A stretch of DNA of 62,750 bases, filler included, from Choristocarpus tenellus KU-1152 (GCA_964200185.2; 10 parts of 10 records of this genome joined end to end with filler, not necessarily neighbours in it), one strand, 5' to 3'. Shown: positions 1 through 12,427, counted from the first letter of the whole stretch. The notes: a model not told the origin generated them from the letters alone. Program-made: numbers and translations.

Positions 1-857
1 CAAAGGGGGAGAAGAGATCCATGGAGGGTGGGAGGGAAACAAGGAGTTGAACAGGATATTAATTCCAGGGGGGGAGGGGGGGGGTGGAGTGTAGCCAGCG
101 TTAAAAATGGCACGTTATAGTTTACAGATTTGCCAATTACTAGCGAAACTGGTGCACTTTTCCAGTCAAGAAAAAAAATGGTAACTGGTAGGTATCAGGG
201 CAGTATGAGTCAATCTCAAGTGTACCATGCACCACCGTAAGTCAGTCTTGCCATATACCGCCAAACTACCCTGCCAGAATCACTCAACCTGTTGCAAAGG
301 AAAAATAGACTGGAGACGTTCTATGGAAAGAGTAGAAATTCTGGTGTACACATGTCCACATCAATGCTATGTGACATGGATATGATAGGTGCATATGTCG
401 AGGTGAAAGAACACTTCCCATAACTCTCCTCCCAACTAGACCTATTTCCCCTCACTGTACCACCCCCTACAATTAATTGTACTGATGCTGAAGACGGCAT
501 CTCATCTTTACATCCCATCAGCACCACCAACCTACCTGTAAAACCTGCCTTTTAAAAAAGGACAAACGTGATATAGAGCTCAACTACAGTATAAAAATCA
601 AGTCAGCAATTTTGTATATGAAAAAAAACGTAAGAGCACATGAAGAACTGTAGGGGCACCCTACCTCTAAATACAATACTACTCCAAAGGAATCACAATC
701 GATTGCTGTAGAGGAAACTATGCATGGACTATTAATCTGTGGTCAACAAAGTAAGCCACAAGTCAAGTGGCAGGGGTAGAAGGGTGACAGATGACCACCA
801 CCAGCAGTACTCAACCAAAGTCTACCAGGGAACTAAAGAGCAGTGTTTCCCCCTCAC

Positions 858-3800
858 CTCCTGAATCAGTCCTCTTTGACTTTGCTGTGACTTGCTAGTC
901 ATTGGCAGCCCAGTCGAGTTCTCACTCTCAGAACAGTCCAGGACTGCTCTCAGAACTACACCTCCTTCTTCTTCCAGACTCTCGACAACAAAGGTTACCT
1001 CCTTCATCTCCCCCAACCCTGGTCGAATGAATAGCATGAGCCCCCCACCCCTCCCCCCCCGACTGCAGGACGTCACTGCAGCAAAAGCAGTCACTCACTC
1101 ACACATGCACCATTGGAAACAAAGGTACNNNNNNNNNNCCTCTCCCCCCTGCCCCAGCCCCTTTCTAGACTTTCAGCCATATCCCCTGCTGTCATACTTT
1201 GGCAATCTCCCTCCCCTTCCCTCTCTTGGCATTCTCTATTCCTGGCTTCTTTTGCACAAGAGTCTTCATTTATCACCTTCTTGATTACCCCTTCTGCCTC
1301 CACTGTGTTGCTGTCCCATTTGACATAGTGTCGGCTCCCCCAACGTTTGACAGGGAGAGTTAAGGCTGCGTGCTGGGCCTGTGGATCAAAGGGCTGAGTG
1401 CACGTGGGGGAAAGAAAAATATGAGATACAACAAATAATTGCCCATAGAGGCAGGGATAGAGGAATTTTTGTGCCACCTGTGGTCAATCTTGATACGTGT
1501 TTTTGAATTATTGACAGTCTTGGCTCTAGTGTATAAAAGAGTGCAGTGCGTGAACAAAGGTATGCCCTGAGCAGCAAAAAATAACAATAAAACTTCGAAG
1601 TAACAATTGTGATGATGGTGATGATGATAGGAATAACATCAATGAATACATGTAGCATTCAGTGAGGCCTTTGCTCTTTGATACTGAGAGAGGATTGTGA
1701 AATCTTCCGAGGTGCAATCTCCTGAGATAATAGCTCTGCACATGAACAGCACGTTAAAAGAGGGTTGTCCTCCATTTACAGAAATCCCCTTGGCTTTCTT
1801 GCTACACTGAAAGTAAAATACCTCAGAAGACACTGGAGTCAACGTTTTATTTACCACACACCAAAGTTTCCTCCTTAGACTGAGTGATCTATGCCAGCAT
1901 TCAGGGATCCAAACAGGTTAAAAAGGGCTCAGCAACAGACTGTTCTACTCCAGACACAATAGCACATAAACACATGGATACAGACGTATTCAAACACTTC
2001 CAGATGATTAATGGCATCTCTTTAGTTACTGATCAGCCCAATCACACACACAATGAAACATTAATGACTCGCTGCATTTAAGACAGTCATGAACAATCAA
2101 AGACTGACCTGAGCGATGAGTTCAAAGCCTGGCTGGTCAGCGTGGATGGAAAGCACTGCCCTCAACCTACGAACTGGTTGGAGGTCATTACCATACCCAA
2201 GATAACGTAGGTCTCGCATCACAACCTTGGGGTGGCATGCCATCAGATTTGCAGTGATGACGGTTGACATTGTAATATTTGTGGTTTTGAACAAGTCACT
2301 GAGCGTAACAGAGGAGTAGATGTACCACATTAATCAAGGACACTTCCAACACAATATACTGCAACATGAGTAGAAGAGGTTGGTCTCATGCATCCCATAG
2401 ATGAATGACTCATTCAGAGGATGTTCTGGTCTTCGATTAGCAAGTTAGAAAGAGGAGGAATTATTCTTTGAAGGAGATGACTAGCTTTGTACTCTGGAGC
2501 ATGTAGTAATACTATCAAGCATAAGAGGGAAGTGCCACAGGTAAAATGAAAAGGTTTGTTGCATTAACAGGCAGTACTCAAGCCTTAATTGACAGGAATA
2601 TTCATCGTAGTAATGTTCACACACAATTGTTCCCCTGGTGTGTGGAAATGTCTGCCTCTCGTTGTTCACAACTCAAGCACTTGGTGGCATATGTGGACCC
2701 ATGGAGACCTTTCTTCAATGACAGAGAGCAATTCCGAGGAATGTCAATAAGGAGAACGCCCTAACCCTACCCCCCAAAAAAGAGCTGATGTGAACAGTTC
2801 CATTAATAGAAAATTACTCTGAGAGAACTGTGTATAGTGCTGCATCAGTCACTGAATATACAACAAAAGCAACAATGCCAGCTACAACAATAATTATTTT
2901 ATTCATCATTATTTTATTATTACTATTATTATTCCAAATGGGGCGGTCCCTGCATGTGCACACACACTCACAGTCACTGACCAAACTTGAATCATTTCCC
3001 TTCAAGTGAAATTTCTGCTCACCTCTGGGTCTCGGCCAGATGCCTGCCACATGCAGCGGTACATCTCTACAAAACCCTGTCTTGTAATGCAAAGTCCTTC
3101 AGATTGCGATGTTGATGTCCCTCTACCACCTTCCACGCCACCACACTTACCCCTCCTGGGAGTAGCAGCAGTGGGAGTCGAAGCAGTAGACCCTTCCCCT
3201 TGGCCTGGTGATTGAGAGCGCTTGGCTTCTCTTTGAACATGGTGTTGGAGGAGGCCCAGGGGGCCTGGCGGGCGCGGGCAGGGGACGGAGGAGAAGTTGT
3301 TCACCAACCAGGCGTGCACATTATCCTCCAGGGGAAGTCCCTCTGTGGTTCTCAGGAAGGCATCCAGCTTAAGAACAACACCATGATGTCAAGAACACCA
3401 GAAATGAGAAATACAAACACATCAATAGGGGACAGGAGGGAGTGGGGGGGAAGGTAATGGGCAAAGGGAAGTCAAGAAAGGTAGAAATACAATAGCTTCA
3501 CCGCCAAAGTGAGATTATCTTGATTGTTTGATGACACCATCCCCTCCATCAATTGACCAAGACATTGCTGCCCTCCCAGTACAATCTAAGCCATAAGACC
3601 AACCCCAACCCTAACCCTAAACAACATAAAATGCCCAAAGGCACTCGCCTCTTCTTTTCCCAGTACACCATCGCAATCAGCATCCAGTGTCTCAAAAACA
3701 TCCATCAATGCCGCCTCCACAAGGGAAGAAAACCCCCCCCCTCCCCCTGCCCAAACCCCCATGCACCCTGAACCTCGACGGTGGGCGGTCTGTGAGGCAT

Positions 3801-5171
3801 CACATTGTAGCCTGTCTTCTTTCACTAGGCACCCAGTGGCTGTGGGTACAACAATGTATCGCCCTGGGATGAGAACAGTTCCCACTTGAGTTTTCTTTTG
3901 AGCTGGGTTTCCGGTGCTTGCTACAACCTGTTATATGAGTGGGAAAACATGTACAGATACAGCTTACAACACGGTGTGTGGGTCTAAAGGGGATCAAAAC
4001 GAAGATGAGGTAGGCTCGGAAACACTACAAAAAAATCGCCATTACTAATATTTATAATGTCATTGTTAACCTTGGTACCTCTCCGGTGTCAAATGTTTAC
4101 ATATCGAGAAATTTCCTGGAAGAAGATATACCAGTTGGTGCTTGTTTTTGGCAATTATTGTCATTAAGGGCACAATGACATGCCTAACCCAACAGGCACA
4201 GAAAAACTTTAGATTTTTCAATTTCATGCCTCCGCCATCAGTACTTTTGACACATCCAATCCAATCGAGCAGCATCTTCAATGGTCACCAAGACCATCCA
4301 CTCTGTTTCACACATATCCAAAAAACCCGCCCATAATGCTATTATGAATCATATTCAGTCCCCCACACCTAACTCACCGCTCCTCCCCCAGCCACTATTC
4401 AAGAACACAACAGTAGCCAAAGTATTTTCTACAGCACACCCCTATTCCTATGAACATGATTAGATCAAAGCATTAATAGCAACTACCTCCATTCCTATGA
4501 ACATGATTAGATCAAAGCATTAATAGCAACTACCTCCATTCCTATGAACATGATTAGATCAAAGTATTAATAGCTACTACCTCCATTCCCCTTCCCTCCT
4601 GTAGGCGCAGAATCGTGACGCCAGCATCAACAACATCCAGGCACGGTTCTGAAGGGACTCGACGAGGGTCTTGCTGGTAAAGAGAGAGAAACAAAAAAAA
4701 AATCGCCAAGAAGTTATTTTCAGTGAGAATAAAAACAGAGGGAAAAACTACTCACATTTGGAAAAGAGGGTTACTGTTAAGTATCTTGTACACACATCAT
4801 CGTCAAATAAACTGATAACTAATGTTATGTTAAGGTGATGTTATCACACCTTGAGTGATTGGCCTTGTATTTTGATATCAACCCATCAATTGCCTACTTT
4901 TCTGGAAAGTCAATCTTATGTCAATTTGCCATGGCCCTGTTCACACTCCTAACTCTGATACTAGTACTGCTCCCTGCTTTCTCATGGTAGTCTGGAATAG
5001 GAGATTGTAGAAGCTATCAAGCACCACATAGATAGGCGAAGGTAATTCGCACTACTATTTTTCAGTACCAATCATCACACTACTATTTTTCAGTTTCAGT
5101 ACCAATCATCACATTACTATTTTTCAGTACCAATCATCACACACCAAGCGCACATGCTCACACCACCTTAC

Positions 5172-5218
<47 letters not shown>

Positions 5219-7815
5219 ATAATACATACATACACATACATGCCATTACATATTGACAAAAAACAGGCAAATACCTGATGTAGACAAAAAAACATCCGAG
5301 AAGTTTTGTACACAGCAAGGGAGTACGCCTGTGAAGCCCCAGTAACTCCAGTCCCAGTCCTAGCACCAGCTCTGTGCCCTTCCCACCCCCACACAAACAG
5401 CAATCTTCGCCTTGCTTCTACCCAGCCGTGTCCTCCTGACCCTGCCACCATACACACCCCTACAGCAGCAAAATATGACACTGCCTCTTCAATGGAAACC
5501 CAGAATGTATCCCCTGCATCCCCCCCATCATCGTCTCTATTGTGATGTCCTTCCTCTCCAGTTTCTGATGAATATGCCTCCCGACTTCAGAGCAGCAGTA
5601 GACCAAGGAATTGGAGGGAGTGGATTGAGTGAATTGGAAGAGCTCACTGCTGCAGTGGAGACTCGTTTTTGAACAATGATAACACCAATCACTGAGCTGT
5701 CAGCTGGACACACATTTCTGCTCTGGTAGGGGGGGGGAGAGTTTGTAAATTTTGTGCTGCTCCCTCTTAGCCCAACTTGACCAGGATGCACCATTTTTTA
5801 TGCCTACAACCTTACACAAAACACATAGTTATGTTTTTGAAAGCCCTAAGCCATAGCCCCAAGCATGAACAATGGAGATGAATAGTATTCATAGAAAAAT
5901 GAGATACTCAAGAGTACTATTAGCATAGCTCTCTAGCAAACCTGACACAGTGATAAAGTCCCTCGCCAAAATCAGCAATGGGTAGAGATGGTTCTTTGTA
6001 CTATTCCTCCCACTCTAATTGTACTGATATTGGTACTATCAATAGTATCATGCAGTACCACCATTGACACGAAAAAGGAGGTTCACAGAAAGAGTCACTT
6101 TTAGGTAATAAACTCATACATATTTGTAAGTACAAATAAAAATAACAATAATAATAATAGAAATCATTTTCATTAGTTGTTGTAGTAGAGGTAGAACCAT
6201 ATACTGCTCTCACCACCAACACTCTTTTGATCCTTTTGATACAGCAGGGGGAAAGGAAAAAAATACTCCTTCAGCCTTGATTGCTCCAGGGCTTTGTGTT
6301 ATGTCCAGGAAATGACTGTACTGCAGATCCCTACCTAAGCAACCTCTCTCAGGCATGCCACTCTGTGAATACCTTTCATGCCTCACAGTGATCTTCAACC
6401 TATTTCAACAAATACTAACCTGTTTTACCCAGTACCCTCCCCACCCTAGTCTTCCACCGCCTCCTCACCATTAAAACCCAACCCTAGAACATCGCAAAAT
6501 ACTGACCCTGGCACCCCCCTTGTATCTATTGCAAAATGGGCTCCAGGATCAGGGAGGCTGCTAATATTGACTTAATATAGTAACAAGGGGCCACTGACCT
6601 TGCTTCACTTAGTCTCGCCACCACCTCTGGTGTCCATTGAGGGCTGCTTTCTTTCCACTCCCCACACCACCCCCCTCTAGCAAGAGGACCCTGCAGGCGT
6701 AGTAGCTTGGTGCCACCTTGAATCTCTACAGTGGAAATGAGTAAGTAGGAGTCGCCCCTGATCAGTCCCATCTCCACCTTCTCCTTTCCTACCTACTATT
6801 AAGTGCAAAAAGAACATAATATTAACACCAATATAATAAATTAATTTCTGATAGTATTATTTGCATTAATATAAATTAATAGTGCACAAAAATACTATAA
6901 TAAATAGTGCAATAATTTCTAGAGGAGTTGAGTCACATCAAGCAGACAAAGGGAAAATAAACTATATCTAATGTCATATTTTCTGACGTTGCTACCACTA
7001 TTGCTAATTATGTGAAATGCGGGACTTTATAGTACAAAGGCATCCATTCCATTGATTGGTGGAAATAGAAAAAAATATACTTGAAATGTACTTAAATGTA
7101 CTTGACTTTATAGTACAAAGGCATCCATTCCATTGATTGGTGGAAATAGAAAAAAATATACTTGAAATGTACTTAAATGAAATGCCCTCCTACAGTTTGA
7201 GCACCTCACCTTTTTAATACATATTTAATATATATTTTCCTGACTGAAAAATGTTACCAATGGAAAAGGAAGTAATGGAAATGGAAGTAATGGAAGTTTT
7301 GAATGGGGTAGGTGGGAGGAGAGGGAGTGGGGGGATGGGGGAGCGATTTGGGGAAAATACTATTTTTTTACAATGAACGGGTAATAGCTTCAAGGGGCTG
7401 GCTGTGGGGGGGGTAGGGAACTGATGCAGAAGTGTGGACTGCCCCGGGATCCTCAGAGGATTTTTTGAAATAAGAAAAAATGTATTGGCAATTAGTACTG
7501 CGTAGAAGGGGGTACAAAAGTAGTAATACATAAACATTAACATAAACATTAATAATGAAAAGTAGGCTTTTTAGTGATAAACTTGGTACTATTGATACTT
7601 CTTGGTTATGAAATAAACCAGTGCTTAATGTTGGCATTTTTTTTTTTCACCTTTGTATTTCATTTGACAGTTTCATTTGACAGGTTATATTTAAAAAACA
7701 CAAGTTGTCGATCTGGCCTACTTTTCCCCTAAGACCTACTTTCTACCAAAGGCTTTTGCACACCTTAACAGGCATCAACAGTTACAACCACAAGGTGAAA
7801 TACATATATATATAT

Positions 7816-7850
<35 letters not shown>

Positions 7851-8681
7851 CCATACCTACCAAAACAATACTCCTCTACCAAACCCCCTCACCCAAGAGA
7901 CATCTCCATTTCTCCTTTCAAGTTGCGACTCCCTACATCAACACCTGACCTGTATTCCAGAGGAACTATCCATATTGATGTGTGGGCTACTTGTGAGAGA
8001 GGTACCTCTGCCTTCCATGTAATCAGAGACAGGTGTGCTGAGGCACACAAGCCATCCTTCCCTCATCCATGACACCTTGAAATGCAGCAATATGAGCCAA
8101 AAGACGAGGACATGAGGTTGTGAAGAGTGGTTGAGTGGAGCTTTGTGAGGATGCAGAGGGAGATATAGTATGATCATTACCATTAAATGGACAGGGGACA
8201 AAAAAGAAACGACAATTGTCCTACTCAAGCAACACTGTACTCACAGAGCTGTGCAACGATTTCACCCCCTCCAAAGCAACAAAAAACAATGTTGTCCCCA
8301 AGATTCAAGACCCAGCCCCCTCACTTCAACCAGACACAACACAAGAAGGCAAGAAAGGCACCCTAAGGGATCCCATCATCAAGCCAAGAGAAGCACCTAT
8401 GTGAACCTCACAGTAGCCATCACAGACCTATTCACAACAAAACACACCGCATCACTATTCTGTCCCCCCTCCCCCTCCCCTCCTGCACTTCTCCTGCTAC
8501 ACCCACTTATGACAACTCCATTAACCCCACCATGAATCTCCTATAGCCCAGTTCTTCCCACTCTGCACAGAGTCAACCGAGCACAGAATCTCAATGGCAA
8601 CCACCACCACCACCACCCTTACCCCTAACCCTACCCCTAACCCTAACCCTCACACTCACCAGACTCCCCCACAATTGCTCG
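858..8681 (-). CDS. Calpain-like protein (CysPc domain II C-terminal part + calpain domain III + EF-hands, EFCAB7-like C-terminus); spliced, 5'-truncated by contig end
   Basis: Phase-consistent exons (minus): 8660-8681, 7950-8075, 6599-6792, 5275-5584, 4581-4673, 3649-3927, 3023-3367, 2109-2225, ~1139-1393, ~858-1076 (last two less sure; 3' end unresolved). Joined peptide: EQLWGSL|VSWMREGWLVCLST..GLIRGDSYLL..KLLRLQGP..WCGEWKESSPQWT..DTFWVSIEEAVSYF (calpain domain II); FFCLHQ|QDPRR..DAGVTILR..LIPGRYIVVPTATG (domain III); DVFETLDADCDGVLGKEE|LDAFL (EF-hand). Confidence 0.8.
4444..4589. repeat. 47-bp tandem repeat x3 overlapping a splice donor
   Basis: Unit ATTCCTATGAACATGATTAGATCAAAGCATTAATAGCAACTACCTCC starts at 4444, 4491 and 4538. 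Confidence 0.9.
5184..5213. repeat. (AT)n microsatellite
   Basis: Direct dinucleotide run in a calpain-like gene intron. Confidence 0.9.
7023..7179. repeat. 81-bp tandem duplication
   Basis: GACTTTATAGTACAAAGGCATCCATTCC... starts at 7023 and 7104. Confidence 0.85.
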
Positions 8682-8781
8682 NNNNNNNNNNNNNNNNNNN
8701 NNNNNNNNNNNNNNNNNNNNNNNNNTTAATTAATTAANNNNNNNNNNNNNNNNNNNNNNNNNNNNNNNNNNNNNNNNNNNN
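8682..8781. other. Artificial contig linker
   Basis: 44 N + TTAATTAATTAA (stops in six frames) + 44 N. Identical linkers at 13596-13695, 17509-17608, 23266-23365, 28501-28600, 36960-37059, 42216-42315, 45494-45593, 50228-50327. Confidence 0.98.
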
Positions 8782-8876
8782 TACCTACTCGAAAACATTA
8801 AAAAAAACCCTGTGGGAAGCCAAGTCCCAAATGGATAAACAGGGCAAAACTCGTTACCTCTAAGATACTTTCACTC
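8782..8876 (-). mobile_element. MITE family 1, partial copy at contig start
   Basis: Ends CCTCTAAGATACTTTCACTC, the reverse complement of the family 1 left terminus. Confidence 0.8.
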
Positions 8877-8995
8877 GGTAACTAAACGCCATGCACATTT
8901 TACAATGCAGCGTCCTGATGATAGTATATGTAGATTATTCATATTTTTATTCAGCATGTCCTCTCATACAGAATAGTATGGTAGCCTGTGTACTA

Positions 8996-9235
8996 GAGTG
9001 AAAGCATCTTAGAGGGTACGAGTTTTTCCCTGTTTGTCCATTTGGGGCTTGGCTTCCCAAGGGTTTTGTATGACGTTTTACCAACTCCAGAATGTATACG
9101 TTATGAAAAGGCGTGTCCAGAACAAGGATATTGACATCTCCTAACAAACACGGTAGCCAAAATTACATCGAAATTGCAACATTGAATTTTAACCCCCAAA
9201 TGGACGTGGCTCTACCCTCTAAGGTACTTTGACTC
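8996..9235 (+). mobile_element. MITE family 1 (~240-270 bp, ~23-bp TIR)
   Basis: GAGTGAAAGCATCTTAGAGGGTA...TACCCTCTAAGGTACTTTGACTC; internal sequence shared with other copies; flanked by CTA/CTA. Confidence 0.85.
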
Positions 9236-9530
9236 CTATGGGTTGTGAAACCTTCTTTTGAATTATTTAACGTCTTACCTGAAATACCACTTGTCTGTTC
9301 CAAGAAAGGACAATATTATTATCAAGATTACAGTATTTGTTACCAAATGTGAGGTGGAGTATCCATTTTTTTTATTCCATCTATTATATATAATCATAAA
9401 TGCTTAGTTTTTGTATGATACAGCTCTTCCTGAACCTTCAAGTCGATTTTCTGTAGGTGGAGGATTCCCCGACCAACCATCAAACCCTAAGGGTATGCAG
9501 CATCTTGTTTTTTCCTATACATACACACAC

Positions 9531-11686
9531 CTCAATCCGTTGCTGTGCAAGGAACTCATTTCCCTGATCCCTCTCCCTTATGGCCTTCTTCAGCACATGT
9601 AGCCTCTGCTCCCTTGCCCTGATTTGTTTTCCATTCAAGTAACACAGTGTTAAGGTAAATAGTTGAGTGGAAGTATCTTAGAGGGTACGATTTTTTCCCT
9701 GTTTGTCCATTTGGGGCTTGACTTCCCACATATTTTTTGTGACATTTTCCTACCCCGAAATGTTTTGGAGTAGGTAAAATGTTTATGTCATGAAAAGGTG
9801 TGTTCGGAACAAGGATATTGACACTTCCTAACAAACTCAATAGCCAAATTTACATTAAAATCGCAACATTGGATTTTGGACCCAAACGGATGTGGCTCTA
9901 CCCTCTAAGATAATTTGACTTAGTTGGAAGCACAAGAAGTATACTATCAATCGAGATCATGTTCACCAGGCAGCATCATGGTGTAAGGGTAGGAAATCAG
10001 AGCACTCAATAAATGCTTCATACTTTGAATAATGAAAGGAGTTGGTGTAATCTGTGGGTAAAGTTCGGGTAGGTTACGATGACAACCTCTCTGAGGGCAT
10101 TAATGACTGGAGCAAGTAGATATCCATAGTGAGTTTTCTGTTTAAGATTTCCTTGAGCAGTAGTCGCAATTGGCACGTCAACATAACTATTAAGTGAGGC
10201 AGCTAGCAAGCACTACAATAAAGATCTAATGGGAAGGGTGGCACATATATCCCTACACCCCACAGATAGCTGTAAGGTTACCTACCGAGTGGACCAGAAC
10301 AATTTGAAGTATCTTCCTCTCGGTTGATATCCCCTTTATACAGGGGATATGTAGAGTACACTATGCCGATGCACTATGTAGACACGCCAGGTCAGGTTAT
10401 GCAATTGTTTATACATTTTTCATATTCCAGATTGCCAAAGAGTGAATGTTGAACTATTGACTCCTACCAGCGCCAGACTCTCGAGGTCAGACCTGGTCAG
10501 CTCCTGCTCCCTCAGTCCCAGCTCGATCATTTCTTGCTTCTCCATTAGGCGCTTACGTAGTGCCAGTGATGCTTCGTCTGTGAATGGTGGTAGAGATGCC
10601 TCCAGGGCACGTTTTGCTCTGGCATGCTCCAGCATTTCAACCTCTCGAGGACCTACTGGCAGCCCAGCACCTAGTAATAACCCATTTTGGCACCAGGGCT
10701 GAAAGTCATATATTTTCTATAGTTGCAGGAGAGACATAAACAACAGAATTATTGGGTACCGAACTGAAAGAAAGTCTTTAGTCTCACCGTAGGTGAGCCC
10801 CTGCAGCATCAGCACCTCAGGCTCTTCGACTTCAGGGTTAAGAATGAAAGGCCGACTGTATGGCATGGTCTGCGCTTCACTCTCACGATACCTCGTCTGT
10901 GAGCCGATGTCCTTCGTAAAAGGCTCCGGCCTTTCCTCTGGGGCCACCATGGGATCTTCTCCAAGTGTAGGAGCCAGAAGCCTGAGTGAGTTGTGGTGGT
11001 GTGAGAGAGCAGTTGCTGAACTGCTCTACACATTTTTATCGTGTCATGGTCTTGACTCGGGCAAGGTCTTGATTTGCACGCAGGGGGGGGGAAGTGTCCC
11101 TAGGCTGGAAGTACGAATGAAGTGTCTTAGTTGGTTCATGGAAGTACCCAACAGGATCTTCTGAGAGCTATATATTCCTCAAGGTGCTGCATGTGGTACG
11201 AGTATACTATCACTACTATTTGAAGGACTCATTTGAAGGTCTCTCGACACTTCAAAATGCGGCTTGACATTTTGCAGCAAATAAACGTTACGCTCACACT
11301 TCCGGTGCTACGGAGTTGAGCTGAGGGATAACTGGCTGCTTGAGGTACTTGACGGCGTTTGGTCCGCTGATGGCGTTGCCTCGGTCGGCCATTACGTTGG
11401 GCTGCAGGGCCTTAACCGCGCCGTTATCCCCAGATGGTGTGGTGTACACCGGATCTGTAAGTACAGCGCATGGTAAGATTTTATTCGTTGTCAAAAGGGA
11501 TTGTAGAGGTAGCTTGGTAACTTCAATGTTCGTATACAGCCTCGTCTTGGGGATGCCTGAGAAACAATGCTCCGGAAATTGAGATTATCCTCAGTAGATC
11601 GATTTTTTCCCCCTCAAATAAATATCATCACACTCACCATAGTAATGATCAAGTGCCCTCGACTCCACCACTCGAGTGAACGACAT
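9531..11686 (-). CDS. CFAP91: Cilia- and flagella-associated protein 91 (MAATS1), 5' part; 3'-truncated
   Basis: Phase-consistent GT-AG exons 11638-11686, 11298-11454, 10788-10981, 10493-10670, 9531-9618. Peptide [16 protein letters not shown]|[33 protein letters not shown]|[46 protein letters not shown] matches the CFAP91 conserved domain. Confidence 0.88.
9665..9921 (+). mobile_element. MITE family 1 in CFAP91 intron
   Basis: GAGTGGAAGTATCTTAGAGGGTA...TACCCTCTAAGATAATTTGACTT; direct repeat AGTT (or TAGTTG) on both flanks. Confidence 0.85.
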
Positions 11687-11935
11687 GCTAGCTTCTTCGT
11701 TCACTGTCGAGCTTGCTGTTGGTCCCTTCGAGAACCACTACAGATTCGTGGAGGAAAGGTAATTTATGGTGATGTTACTGTTACATATTGCCGACGCCTT
11801 CATCTTCTCTCATTCGAACTCCATCTCAATTTTTTGAAACACTTCAAAATCGTCTCCGCCTCCAAGACGCCCTCAAAGTCGTACCTGTCTGACATTAATC
11901 CTGCTTCTGACTGGATCAGTATACGGAAAAGGAAG
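11687..11935. promoter_or_regulatory. Probable bidirectional promoter between CFAP91 and UBC9
   Basis: 249 bp between divergent start codons; inferred from geometry only. Confidence 0.5.
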
Positions 11936-12427
11936 ATGAGCAACGGAATCGCCAAAGCACGTCTTGTTTCCGAGCGCAAGGGCTGGAGACGTGATCATCC
12001 TGTGGTAAGAGAAGCTATAAAACTACAAACTCTGACACACACTGAACAACTTACACATGGAAGCTCGAGTCACACTGCCAAATTGGGGAGTGCCTCTCTG
12101 CACTAAACTAGTGTCCCCACAAGTGGCCTTAATCCACAGTGTTGAATTCAAGATTGAAATCAGCGCCACATTCTAAACCCAATATAATCCTACATGTTAG
12201 TTGTCAGATCACCATCACACTACTCCATCAATCATTTCTATTCTTGTTGTAAGCCCACACGAGAGATCTCAGTGCCCCATGTACTGCAAGAAGAAGATGA
12301 GCCAAACAAATGACATTTGAGTTGATGTTGATTCCCCTGTGCCCGGCAGGGTTTCTACGCACGGCCGTGCGCAAATCCCGACTCTTCCTCCAATATTATG
12401 AAGTGGGAGTGCGGCGTACCAGGCGTG
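11936..12427 (+). CDS. UBC9: SUMO-conjugating enzyme UBC9/UBE2I, first two exons (rest not found before contig end)
   Basis: Exon 11936-12004 MSNGIAKARLVSERKGWRRDHPV, exon 12350-12427 GFYARPCANPDSSSNIMKWECGVPGV; the IA..RL..ERK.WRRDHP.GF.A.P signature is characteristic of Ubc9. Confidence 0.92.

Noticed and set aside
321-530. Possible final exon of the calpain-like gene
   Set aside because: Available acceptors are out of phase with the upstream exon; could not be supported.
8682-8781. Recurrent TTAATTAATTAA flanked by N runs
   Set aside because: Identical 100-bp synthetic spacer repeated nine times; assembly concatenation, so no gene cluster can be inferred across contigs.
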